A stretch of DNA of 64,000 bases. Origin: Squalus acanthias. Its lineage: Eukaryota. Under the pieces are notes generated by a model. The model was not told the DNA's origin. It saw only the letters and a list, made by a program, of their open reading frames with translations, and did no database searches. The stretch lies in NCBI GenBank assembly GCA_030390025.1, contig CM059432.1, positions 46,130,001 to 46,194,000 of the forward strand, given 5' to 3'. Below are positions 35,231 through 47,396 of this stretch, piece after piece. A program made the translations under genes and the position numbers. The stretch's first letter is position 1. Every line of letters begins with the position of its first letter.

Positions 35231-36467
35231 TGCATGATGATCTTCCTGTGGTTACACACTAGCTGGATGTTAAGGGAGTGGAATCCCTTGTGGTTGACCA
35301 ATACAGCTGCGTTGTGATGGGGTGCCCTAATGGCTACATGTGTGCAGTCTATGCCCTGCACCCTTGGGAAGCCTGCCATATTTACAAAGCCAACCGCCCA
35401 CATGATCACACTTGCTTCATCCGTGGAGAAGTGGATGTAATTCTGCGCCTTTGCAAAGAGGGCATCGGTGACCTACGTGATGCAGGCATGTGCGGCCGAC
35501 TGGGAGATGCCGTTGATGGCTGCAGCTGATCCCTGGAAGGAGCCCGAAGCAAAGAACTTTAGTGCGGTGGTGACTTTGACAGCCACTGGTAAGGAGAGTC
35601 CACATGCTTCTCTGGGCTCCAGGTGTTGGTGCTGCATTGTGCAGATGTCAGGGACTACGTCTCGCGGAAGTCTCAGCCTCCTTTGGCACTGCTGCTCACT
35701 AATGTTGAGGAAGCTCATCCTCTGCCTGTAAAGCTGGTGTTGGGGGTATTCCCTGCGACGAGGTGCAGGCTTGCGCTGACACCCTCTGCCCTGTGCATCA
35801 TCAGGTGGCTGAGGAGAAGCTTGGCGCTCCTGCTGTTGGTGCTGCTGCTGTGCCTGTTTGTGCTGCTGCTGCAGTTGCTCTTCCTCCGAAACTGGGGACC
35901 AGGATGAGAGGATATAAATGGTTCCCATACCGCTGGTATATATCCCAGTCTAGGAATGGAGGTTATTTGCGCTCAGCCAAAGTGGCCAGAGGGTATTCCA
36001 AGGAGATCACACTGCAGTTGGATTTCAGTGTGAACACACACAAGATTAGTAGAGCTGCAAAAAGTGCCCCAAACCTCAAAGCACTAAGTTGTGGCCTCTG
36101 AAACTATGAGAGATTGCAGGACCACTTTTAAGCTGATCGAGCAGCTGCCAACAATTCAGGTCCTCGCTAAACCAGGCTCAATGCAGCTGGCGTGTTTTTC
36201 TGAAGGCGGGCAGCACACAGAAAAAGCTGCAAAATCCGAACAGGCAGATAAAATAGGATTATCCAGGCAGTTAACAAGCTGTTAACTGCCTTAAGTGCCT
36301 CTCCCGCTGTTAAGTGTTGGGTCCGGTCGGGAGCCGCTGACCCGACACTTGCCAAAGTAGCGTGGAGGCAAGGTGGAGGCGGGTTCACAGCCCACCATCA
36401 ATTTTTCCGATTTTCGCTACCGACCCACCTCCAAACCCGCCCTCTAAGGTCTATTAAATTCACGGCC
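35231..36467 (-). pseudogene. Harbinger terminus plus N-terminal half of a HARBI1-like transposase, truncated
   Basis: [45 protein letters not shown]...[16 protein letters not shown]; terminus AAATTCACGGCC followed by TAA. Confidence 0.85.
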
Positions 36468-37130
36468 TAAATGTGGTCTAACCAAAGTTCGATATAAGTT
36501 TAGCGTAACTTCCCTACTTTTCAATTCTATCCCTCTAGAAATAAATCCTAGTCCTTGGTTTTGCATTTTTATGGCCTTGCTAACCTGTGTCACAACTCTT
36601 AGTGATTTGTGTATTTGTACTCCGAGATCCCTTTGTTCCTCTACCCCACCTAGACTCGCACCCTCCAAGTAATAAGTGATTTCCCTATTCCTACCAAAAT
36701 GTAATACCTAACATTTATCTGTGTTAAACTTCATTTGCCAATTATATGCCCATTCTGCAAGTTTATTAATGTCCTCCTGTAACTTGTTGCAGTTCTCCTT
36801 AGTATTGACTATCCCCCCCAATTTGGTGTCATCCGCAAATTTAGAAATTGTGTTTTTAATTCCTAAGTCTAAATCGTTAATGTAAATTGTGAACAGCAGT
36901 GGTCCTAGCACTGATCCTTGTGGAACACCACTACCCACCTTCTGCCACTGTGAATAGCTACCCATTACTCATACTCTCTGCTTTCTGTTCTGAAGCCAGC
37001 CAGCAATCCATTCTGCTACTTGTCCCCTGACTCCGCATTCTCTGACCTTGTTCATCAGTCTATTATGGGGTACCTTATCAAAGGCATTTTGAAAATCCAG
37101 ATAAATTACATCTACTGCATCACCATTGTC
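36468..37130 (-). mobile_element. CR1 RT fragment
   Basis: [21 protein letters not shown]...KFADDTKLG; LYRTLVRPHL. Confidence 0.88.
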
Positions 37131-37785
37131 TACTGCAATACCAATGCTTGTTTATGTAAAATGTCTCTCTCAATTATTTTAGCACAGTTGTTAAGCCATA
37201 TATTATAAACAGTGTAAAGCCTCCACTAAAATAGCGGAAGGAAGAATTTCAGCCATCTGTATTCAGGATTAAATAGGCATGTGTGCCTGATAGAGCATTT
37301 AGAATAAAAGGATAATACACCTTAAAAACAGTAAATATATAATTTATTGCTCCCCTTACTACCTAATCACGAGGAGGTTTTATTGATGAATTATAGCAGT
37401 GAGAACTAAATCAAATTTTAAGAGCATCTAGAGAGCTGCCATCAATTACTGCTAGAATCTTATTTTCATAGCTATCTTCTGATATCATGACATTAGGTTT
37501 GTGGTGGCTCTGTGTGTGGACAGAGTTGTCTGCAGAGAGCGGGATTAAAATGGAGTGTACTTAAACAGAGTGTTTTATTTCAGAATTTGGAAAGATGGGA
37601 ATTCAGAGAAGAGGGGGAAAGAGTTGCTGCGTTTTGCCAACACTACTTGTAGTGCTTTGTGTTACAGGTAGATATTTAATTTCAGTACCCATAACTTAAT
37701 CTAGATCGAGTAAGTAGTCAAGAAACTACACTGAAAACTAAGTTACTTAATTACAATTGTAATTACATTTATTTAAATAAAACAA

Positions 37786-39050
37786 GGTGTCATTAACAGT
37801 GCTATCAAGCGGCACTTACTCTCCAATAACGTGCTCACTGATGCCCAGTTTGGGTTACGCCAAGAGGTGAGGTGAGAGTGACTGCCCTTGACATTAAGGT
37901 GGCATTTGACTGAGTGTGGCATCAAGGAGCCCTAGTAAAACTGAAGTCAATGGGAATCAGGGGGAAAACTCTCCACTGGCTGGAGTCATACCTAGCACAA
38001 AGGAAGATAGTTGCGGTGGTTGAAGGTCAATCATCGCAGCCCCAGGACATCGCTGCAGGAGTTCCTCAGGGTAGTGTCCTAGGCCCAACCATCTTCAGCT
38101 GCTTCATCAATGACCTTCCCTCCAACATAAGGTCAGAATTGGGGTTGTTCGTTGATGACTGCACAGTGTTCAGCGCCATTCACAACTCCTCAGATAATGA
38201 AGCAGTCCATGCCCGCATGCAACAAGGCCTGGACGACGTTCAGGCTTGGGCTGATAAGTGGCAGGTAACATTCGCGCCACACAAGTGCCAGGCAATGACG
38301 ATCTCCAACAAGCGAGAGTCTAACCACCTCCACTTGACATTCAACTGCATTACCATCGCCGAATCCCCCACCATCAACATCCTGGGGGTCACCATTGACC
38401 AGAAACTAACTGGACCAGCCACATAAATACGGTGGCAACAAGAGCAGGTCAAAGGCTAGGTATTCTGTGGCAAGTGTCTCGCCTCCTGACTCCCCAAAGC
38501 CTTTCCACCATCTACAAGGCACAAGTAAGGAGCGTGATGGAATACTCTCCACTTGCCTGAATGAGTGCAGCTCCAACAACACTCAAGAAGCTCGACACCA
38601 TCCAGGACAGAGCAGCCTGCTTGATTGGCACCCCATCCACCACCTTAAACATTCACTACCTCCACCACCGGCATACCGTGGCTGCAGTGTGTACCATCTA
38701 CAAGATGCAATGCAGCAACATGCCAAGGCTTCTTTGGCAGCACCTCCCAAACCCGCGACCTCTTCCACCTAGAAGGACAAGGGCAGCAGGCACATGAGAG
38801 CACCACCACCTCCAAGTTTCCCTCCAAGTCACACACCATCCTGACTTGGAAGTATATCGCCGATCCTTCATCGTCGCTGGGTCAAAATCCTGGAACTCCC
38901 TCCCTAACAGCACTGTGGGAGTACCTTCACCACACGGACTGCAGCGGTTCAAGAAGGCGGCTCACCACCACCTTCTCAAGGGCAACTAGGGATGGGCAAT
39001 ATATGCTGGCCTTGCCAGCAACGCCCACATCACATAAACTAATAAAAAAA
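37786..39050 (+). mobile_element. Second copy of the CR1/L2-group LINE family seen at 31918-33758
   Basis: [21 protein letters not shown]...FVDDCT, WADKWQVTFAPHKC; A-rich end. Confidence 0.88.
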
Positions 39051-39059
39051 AATATAGGG

Positions 39060-40010
39060 ATGGCAGTGCCGGTGGTGTGCCGCAACTGCAGCATGTGTGA
39101 GTTTGTGGAGAGCATTGTGATCCCGGACAATCACGTTTGCAGTAAGTGCCTGCATCTTGAGGAACTTCAGCTCAGAGTTTTTGAGCTGGATTCTGAGGTG
39201 CAGACATTGCGGGGCATCAGGGATGGGGAGAGTTACCTGGACACTTTGATCCAGGAGGCAGTCACACCCCTTAGGTTAAATAGTGGTACAGGTTTGGTTA
39301 GTGGTCAGGGCCAGAAGGGTGTGACTGCAACTCAGGCTGGTAAGGGGACCCCAGGTGCAGTGCTGGAGGAGCCTCAGCTTTTGCCCTTGTCCAACAGGTA
39401 TGAGGTTCTTGCTGCCTGTATGATGAGGGAAAAGCCTGCAGGATGGATGAGCAGGCTGACCATGGCACCATGGTGCAGGAGGCCATTCAAGTGGGGGGAG
39501 TCAAAGGGAATGTATTTGTGATAGGGGACAGTATAGTCAGATACTGTTTTCTGAAGCCACGACCGAGAGATCCGAAGGTTGTGTTGCCTGCCCGGTGCCA
39601 GGGTTAAAGACTTCTCCTCATGGCTGGAGGAGAACTTCAAGTGGGAGGGGGTGGACCCAGTTGTCGTGGTCCATTTTTGAACCAATGACATAGGTAGAAC
39701 TAGGAATGAGGTTCTGCTGAGGGAGTTTGAGGAACAAGGATCCAAATTAAAAAGCAGAACCTCAAAGGTAATAATTTCTAGATTGTTACCTGAGCCATGC
39801 GAAAATTGGCATAGGGACAAACAGATTAGAGGTTTAAATGTGTTGCTCAAAGGGTGGTGTGGGAGGAAGGGGTTTCAGTTCATGGGGCACTGGCACCAGT
39901 ACTGGTGAAAGAGGGAACTGTTCTGTTGGGACGGGCTCCACTTAAACCAGGCTGGGTCCAGTGTCCTAGCGAAATGAATAACTAGGGCAGTAGACAGGGC
40001 TTTAAACTAA
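39060..40010 (+). pseudogene. CR1 ORF1 (Cys-rich N-terminus, coiled coil, SGNH esterase-like domain), frameshifted
   Basis: VCRNC..VCSKC, LEELQLRV, VIGDSIV, CLPGARV, VVVHF*TNDIG, DGLHLN. Confidence 0.82.
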
Positions 40011-40457
40011 TGAAGAAGGTGGGGGGGGGGGGCGGGGGCAGTGGGTGGCTTCAGGAAAGAATAAATTTAAAAGCAGCGAGAGAAATTTCAAGGCTCTAGA
40101 GCAGAGTAGAGTTTTGGGTAAAAATAAGTAGAGTGGGTCAGGAAGGGACAGAGAGAGTAACAAAGGTAATAAGGCATCAGTGACTAAGGTGACATCAGGG
40201 GAAAATAGGAATAAGTCAAAGCTAAAGGCACTATATCTGAATGCGCGAAGCATTCGCAAGAAAATAGATGAATTTTTAGCGCAGATAGAAATTAATAGGT
40301 TTGATTTAATAGCCATTACAGAGACGTGGTTGCAATGTGGCCAAGGTTGGAAACTAAATATTCTAGGATACTTAACTTTTAGAAGAGGTAGGCAATATTG
40401 AAAAGGAGGAGGGGTAGCCCTGATAATAAAGGATGGGACAAATACAGTAGAGAGAAA

Positions 40458-41156
40458 GGGGGAAAAATTCAGTTGATTTGCGCCTCCCGTTAGCGCCCTA
40501 AGAGGGTGCTAATGGGACGTAAAGCAACTAGCACCCAGGGCGCGGCGCTGCTAACGACTCCTGCAAAATTCAGCGGGAGGCTAGCACCGGCGGTAACCGT
40601 TAGCGCCTCGCGGCGCTGCGCCTCCATCGCCATGCACACCGCCCCGCTCGCTCCCCAGCCGTGATCTTCGGTAGCGCCCCCTGACTTACCGTCTGATGCT
40701 ATGTCCGACAGGGTTAGGGGGGCCTATCTACGGCCGGGGCGGCACAAGTTAAAGGGGAGGTGCCAGACGGCCATTTTTGTTGCTAGCCACCTGACAGCAC
40801 CTATCCCCATTGCTATCCCCTGCCTCCTGTGAAGCCCCCCCCCATGGGGTGTTGGCTGCGCTCCGTGAGCCCGGCACTCCTCTTGAATGCCAGGCTCTTT
40901 TGCCGGCACTCTGATCCCTGGTGGCCCAGCTGGGCCCTGGGTCGCGCTGCATTAAGCCCCTCCCCTTTAATAAGGGGAGGGAGGCCTGCAGTAGTGCTGT
41001 GATATTCCCTCGTAGCGCCCCAAGAGGGAGGTGGGGTGCTTCCAGTATCGCCCCACCTCCCTCTTGGGGCGCTACCAGTGAATTTCGGGCACAGGGGCGC
41101 TAATTTTTCCCGGCGATGTTAGCGCCCTAAAGGGGGCGCAACCCAATTTTGCCCCC
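40458..41156 (-). mobile_element. Harbinger-type MITE, family B
   Basis: GGGGGAAAAATT...AATTTTGCCCCC; TSD AAA; removal restores CR1 ERKDLSS. Confidence 0.88.
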
Positions 41157-42155
41157 AAAGGATCTTAGCTCCGAAAATCAAGAAGTAGAATCAGTTTGGG
41201 TGGAGATAAGAAACAGCAAGGGGCAGAAAACATTGATGGGAGTTGTTTATAGGCCACCAAACAGTAGTTGTAATGTAGGGCAGAGGATAAATCAGGAAAT
41301 TAGAAGCGCATGTAACAAGGGTAATACAGTAATCATGGGGGACTTTAATCTACATATAGACTGGACAAAGCAAATTTGCAGTAATAGTGTGGAGGACGAA
41401 TTCGTGGAAAGTATGCTAGATATTTTTCTAGATCAGTATGTTGAGGAACCAACTAGAGAACAGGCTATTTTATATCTAGCAATTAGAAAGGGTTAATTAA
41501 TAACCTTGTAGTAAAGGGGCCTTTAGGGAAGAGTAACCATAATATGATAGAATTTTATATTGAGTTTGAAAGTGATTTAGTTAAATCCAAAACTAGGGTC
41601 TTAAATCTAAACAAAGCAAACTACGTAGGTATGAGGGGCAAGTTGGCTAAGGTAGATTGGGAAACTAGATTAAAAGGTATGACGACAGAGAAGCAATGAC
41701 TAGCACTTAAAGAATTAATACATAATTTACTACAAATATACATTCCTTTAAGGCACAAAAACCCCACAGGAAAAGTGGTCCAATCGTGGCTAACAAGAGA
41801 AGTTAAAGATAGTATTAGATCACAGGAAGAGGCTTATAATGTTGCCAAAAAGAGTAGTAAGCCTGAGGATTGGGAGGATTTTAGAATTCAGCAAAGGAGG
41901 ACCAAGAAATTGATAAAGAAAGGGAAAATAGAATATGAGAGTAAACTAGCGAGAGACATAAAAACAGACTGTAAAAGCTTCTATAGGTATGTAAAAAGGA
42001 AAAGATTAGCGAAAGTAAATGTGGATCCCTTACAGGCTGAGACAGGAGAAATTATACTGTGGAATAAGGAAATGGCAGAGAAATTAAACAAAAATTGTGT
42101 GTCTGTCTTCATGGAAGAAGGCGCAAAAAACTTCCGAGAAATAGTGGAGAACTAA

Positions 42156-42872
42156 GGGGGAAAAATTGAGTCGCGCCCCCTTTGGGGAGCTAACTTCGCC
42201 GGAGTGCTACTTTTAGTGCCCTGAAAAAATTAGCTCCCCCGCGACCAAAATTGAGTGGTAGCGCCTCAAGAGTGAAGCAGGGCGCTACTGGAAGCGCCCT
42301 GCCTCCCTCTTGGGGCGCTGCGAGGGAATATCTCAGCGCTAAGTGCCACGGTATTGCAGGCCTTCCTCCCCTTCTTAAAGGGGCCACTGGGGATCGGAGT
42401 GCCGGCAAAAGAGCCTGGCACTCCAGAGAAGTGCCGGGCTCATGGAGCGCAGCCGGCACTCAGCGGGGGGGGGGTTGGGGGGGGCGGGTCAGCAGGCCAG
42501 GGACGGCAGCGGAGGCAGGTGCTGGCAGATGGCCAGCAACAAAAATGGCCGCCCGGCACCTCGCCTTTAAATAGCACCACCCCTGCCGCAGGTAGGCCCC
42601 CCTGACCCCGTTGGACATAGCGTCCGGTGGTATGTCAGGGGGCGCTACTGAAGATTGCGGACGGGGCAAGAGTGGGGCGCTGCGCACGGTGATGATGTCA
42701 TCGCCGGCGGCGAAGCGCCGCGGGGCACTAACGGTTAGCACTGCCACTAACTTCCCGCTGAATTTCGCGGGCGACGTTGTTGGCACCGCGCCTGGGCGCA
42801 AGTGGCTTTGTGCCTCATTAGCGCCCTCTTAGGGCACTAATGGGAGGCGCAAAGCAACCAAATTTTTCTCCC
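42156..42872 (+). mobile_element. Harbinger-type MITE, family B, opposite orientation to 40458-41156
   Basis: GGGGGAAAAATT...AATTTTTCTCCC; TSD TAA/CAA; removal restores CR1 EN(Q)GSS. Confidence 0.88.
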
Positions 42873-43239
42873 CAAGGGTCTAGCGAGAATGAGGAACTGA
42901 AAAAAAATTAGTAAAAAAAGTCCTGGAGAAATTAATGGGACTGAAAGCCGATTAATCCCACGGACCTGATGGCCTACATCCTAGGGTTTTGAAAGTGGTG
43001 GCTATAGAGATAGTGGATGCATTGGTTGTCATTTTCCAAAATTCCATAGATTCTAGAATGGTTTCCATGGATTGGAAGGTAGCAAATGTAACCCCACTAT
43101 TTAAGAAAGAGGGAGAGAGAAAATGGGGAACTACAGACCAGTTAGCCTGACATCAGTAGTAGTGAAAATGCGAGATTCTATTATTAAGGAAGTGGTAACA
43201 GAGCACTTAGAAAATAATAATAGGATTGGGCAGAGTCAT

Positions 43240-44276
43240 TGATGACATGTTGAAGGCTGATGACGATGAACACCTCGCTAAGGCCATCCCCACGCCTCCA
43301 CTACTCGCCTTCAAACAGCCGCCTAACCTCAAACAGACCATCGTTCTCAGCAAATTATCCAGCTTTCAGGAGAACAGCGACCACGACACCACACAACCCT
43401 GCCACGGCAACCTCTGCAAGACATGCCAGATCATCAACACAGATACCATCATCACACATGAGGACACTACCCACCAGGTACATGGTACATACTCATGTGA
43501 CTCGGCCAACCTTGTGTACCTCATACGTTGCAGGAAAGGATGCCCCAGAGCATGGTACATCGGCGAGACCATGCAGACACTGCGACAACGTATGAACGGA
43601 CACCGCACAACAATCGCCAGGCAGGAGTGTTCCCTCCCAGTCGGGGAACACTTCAGCAGTCAAGGACATTCAGCCTCCGATCTTCGGGTAAGCGTTCTCC
43701 AAGGCGGCCTTCGAGACACACGACAACGCAAAATCGTCGAGCAGAAACTGATAGCCAAGTACCGCACCCATGAGGACGGCCTCACACAGGATCTTGGGTT
43801 CATGTCACGCTACATGTAACCCCACCTGACGTAGAGTCATCCAGACACGAGTCCTCGTTGGCTTGTTCTCTCTACACAGATGCGGCCGGACCTGCTGTGA
43901 TTTCCAGCAAAAAACATTTTTGTTTTCCATACGGACCCCAGCATCTGCCACATTTGACCCCTTGTGACCCCACCTCATTGTCTTTGATGTAATGTTTTCC
44001 TGACTGACCTGTTTGGACACCATCCACACCTTTGATTGCCGTGATTATCTCTCTGCCGAGATATGATAAAGGGTAGTTAGAAAGATTAACTGTAATCATC
44101 TGGCAGTGTTCTCTGACTATATATGCTGTGACTATATGCATCTCTTCACTTCACCTGATGAAGGAGCAGCGCTCCGAAAGCTTGTGATTTCAAATAAAGC
44201 TGTTGGACTATAACCTGGTGTTGTGCGACTTCTCACATTTGTCCACCCCAGTCCAACACCGGCATCTCCACATCAT
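43240..44276 (+). mobile_element. Penelope-like element 3' part: GIY-YIG endonuclease remnant plus hammerhead-bearing terminal repeat
   Basis: ORF 43226-43819: AFKQPPNLKQ, C...CKTC linker, SANLVYLIRC...WYIGET...RMNGHR, VGEHF...GH, EQKLI...GL; its 3' end matches 22297-22415. Confidence 0.9.
44151..44187 (+). ncRNA. Minimal type I hammerhead ribozyme core
   Basis: UCAC-CUGAUGA-A-GGAGC-AGC-GCUCC-GAAA-G-CUU-GUGA, sense to the GIY-YIG ORF. Confidence 0.78.
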
Positions 44277-47200
44277 TCAATAAGGTGCCACACAAGAGGT
44301 TATTAAACAAAATTAGGGCTCATTGTATTGGAGGTAATATACTAGCATGGATCAAGGATTGGTTAATGGACAGAAAACAGAGAGCAGGAATAAACGGGTC
44401 ATTTTCGGGTTGACAGGCTCTAACTAGTAGGTTAACGCAAGGATCAGTGCTTGGGCCTCAGCTATTCACAATCTATATCAATGATTTGGATGAGAGGACC
44501 AAATGTAATATATCCAAGTTTGCTGATGATACAAAGCTGGGTGGGAATGTAAGTTGTGAGGAGGATGCAAAGAGGCTTCAAGGGGATATAGACAAGCTAA
44601 GTGAGTGGGTAAGAACATGGCAAATGGAATATAATGTGGAGAAATGTGAAATTATCCACTCTGGTAGGAAAAATAGAAAAGCAGAGTATTTTTTAAAAGG
44701 TAAGAGATTGGGAAATGTTGGTGTTCAGAGGGACCTGGGTGTCCTTGTACACGTATCACTGAAAGTTAACATGCAGGTACAGCAAGTAATTAGGAAAGCA
44801 AATGGTATCTTGGCCTTTATTACAAGAGGATTTGAGTATAAGAGTAAAGACGTCTTACTGCAATTATATAGGGCCCACACCTGGAGTATTGTGTACAGTT
44901 TTGGTCTCCTTACCTAAGGAAGGATATACTTGCCATAGAGGGAGTGCAACGAAGGTTCACCAGACTGATTCCTGGGATGGGGGGATTGTCCTTTGAGGAG
45001 AGATTGAGTAGACTAGGCCTATATTCTCTAGAGTTTAGAAGAATGAGAGGTGATCTCACTGAAACATACAAAATTCTTACAGGGCTCGACAGGGTAGATG
45101 CAGACAGGATATTCCCCTGGCTGGAGAGTATAGAACCAGGGGTCACAGTCTCAGAAGAACGGGTCAGCCATTTAGGACTGAGATGAGGAGAAATTTCTTC
45201 ACTCAGAGGGTGGTGAATCTTTGTAATTCTCTACCCCAGAGGGTTGTGGAGACTCAGTCATTGAGTATATTCAAGACAGAGATTGATAGATTTTTGAATA
45301 TTAAGGGAATCAAGGGATATGGGGATAGTGTAGGAAAGTGGAGTTGAGGTAGAAGATCAGCCATGATCTTACTGAATGGCGGAGCAGGCTCGAAGGGCCA
45401 AATGGCCTACTCCTGCTCCTATTTCTTATGTTCTTATGATGAATATATGGTATTGCATCATCAGATCATTATTGTAATGTCAAAAATGTTAAGATCAATC
45501 TTTTCCTTTGACCGATATATGGTGCTGATATTACGTGATTTCTCGGAATACATCGTCAGTGCTTGAAAAAAATTAATCAGAAATGTTAACTGTGACTAAA
45601 AATGCTCTGCTGCCTGCAGTCAAGCCAGCTTTCAGTTCTGTACTGAATCTGGCAGCAACTGAATCAGTTTAATCATATCTGTAGTCATTTTGTCTATATT
45701 TCTTTCTAATGCAGTCCCTTTCCATTTTTCAGTTCACCCTTTGCCACACTTGACTGAGAGGCAGCCAGGCAATTTCTGATAAGCAAATTGTCTCTGGGAA
45801 GATTCACGAGAGATGCAAGGGGGCTTGGAATAAAAGAGCAGAAGAAAGCACAGAGGAAGGAAAGGTAGCCACAGCACACAATATTATTGGAAGGTATAGT
45901 ATTGTAAATAAGAACCTTCCCTGATCGTTTACTGAGTAAATGCTACACAGACAAAAAGATGCTGCATTTAATTCTTGGTCTGTGTTGAGTTCGCTGTCTT
46001 CAGTCGGGGCAATGGTATGGGTGCTACAATTTGCCTTAATGTCCTGGGCAAAGAAAGGCAAAATCAATCAGAGCTTCCACTCCTGATTGCCATCCACTGA
46101 CCCCTCCTGGAAAGTGTGCCTGTGTGGAGATCCAATGTGAACAGGAATGGCAACACCCTCCACTGCCAAATATTTGGCAACATTCATTGCCTTGATTTAC
46201 ATATGAAGGATGGGCACTTAGATGAAGTACTGGAGGCTTCCTGATGTCTGTTTGGGTCATACCTCAGCAGGAGTGGACTTTGTGCATTTTAATTTCTACA
46301 GTAAGTTACATAGCCTGTCATTACAAAGAAGAGTACAATACTATGTGGAGGCTAACACTTACTTATTGCTCATCCTATACGTTCCCTGAGAAGGTGACGA
46401 TGGGCCTGCTTCTTGCTTTATAGCAATTGCTCTTAGAACTGAGTGGCTTGCTAGACCACTTCAGAGGACATCAATGCCGAATTTCCCCGGGGCTTCCAAT
46501 GATCTTCCATCAAAGTTACGGTGGCTTATCGGGAAAACCCCCAAGGAAAATCCCAGTGTAAGAATCAATCATGCAGTGTGCGTCTAAAGTCATGTGTAGA
46601 TCAGGCTGCCTGGGGCTGTCAGAATCCCTTCCTTGAAGGGTATTAATGAACCACTTGAGTATTTTGTTCCTCATACATAACCAGATTTATTGAATTCAAT
46701 TTCACAACTTGCCATGCTGTGATTTGAGCTAATGACCTCTGGGTTGTTAGTCCACCATCCAACATGGTGGATTGCTGTCCCGCACTCGTGAACAAAGGCA
46801 TTTAGTGAACTCGTCCATATTTCTAGCCACACTTTGCAGGGTGGTTTGGACATCCTCAAGAGACTCCAGTTAGACAATTACACTAAGATAGCAATCTTCT
46901 GTTTATAATCAGGCCTTATGAAGTCCGAATCCCTCGGCTTTACAGCTGAGGAAGGCTGTGAGGTGAACTTCAAGCTAGGCAATGGAAAAGCGCCAAAAGA
47001 AACCAGACATTAAAGCTTATGCTGGAACCCTCATGCAAATGACCTGGAACAAGAAATGTATGTGCACTTCTCCTCTTGCAGGCGCAGCGCACATCAGGTG
47101 CATTGCAGCAAAAGAGGAAAATCTACCCCTGTATGAAGCTTAGTGTATGTTCCTGCAAGTATTATATAATCTGTAATATAGCCTGCACTCTGTATCTAAT

Positions 47201-47396
47201 CTTGACCTGAGAGCGAGGTATCAATTTTCCAAGAATGCTCCAGTGGCGAGGAACCTCATACTCCAACAATTTAGGCCATTGTGTAATAACATAATAAAAA
47301 AATGTTAAAAAGTAGAAAGTTGGGAAATCAAACAGAACCTTTATGGAGTGTCATCAACTTCCTGAACAATTTATCAGGGGAGGGGAAATGAACATT

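Larger units (their letters stand above)
37500..45440 (+). mobile_element. Full-length but decayed CR1 (5' UTR, ORF1, ORF2, 3' UTR), interrupted by a LINE, two MITEs and a Penelope element
   Basis: 5' UTR 37500-37785 matches 60720-60960 (reverse); ORF1 from 39060; ORF2 motifs YLNARSIR, IMGDFN, KFADDT; TTCTTATG tail. Confidence 0.88.
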
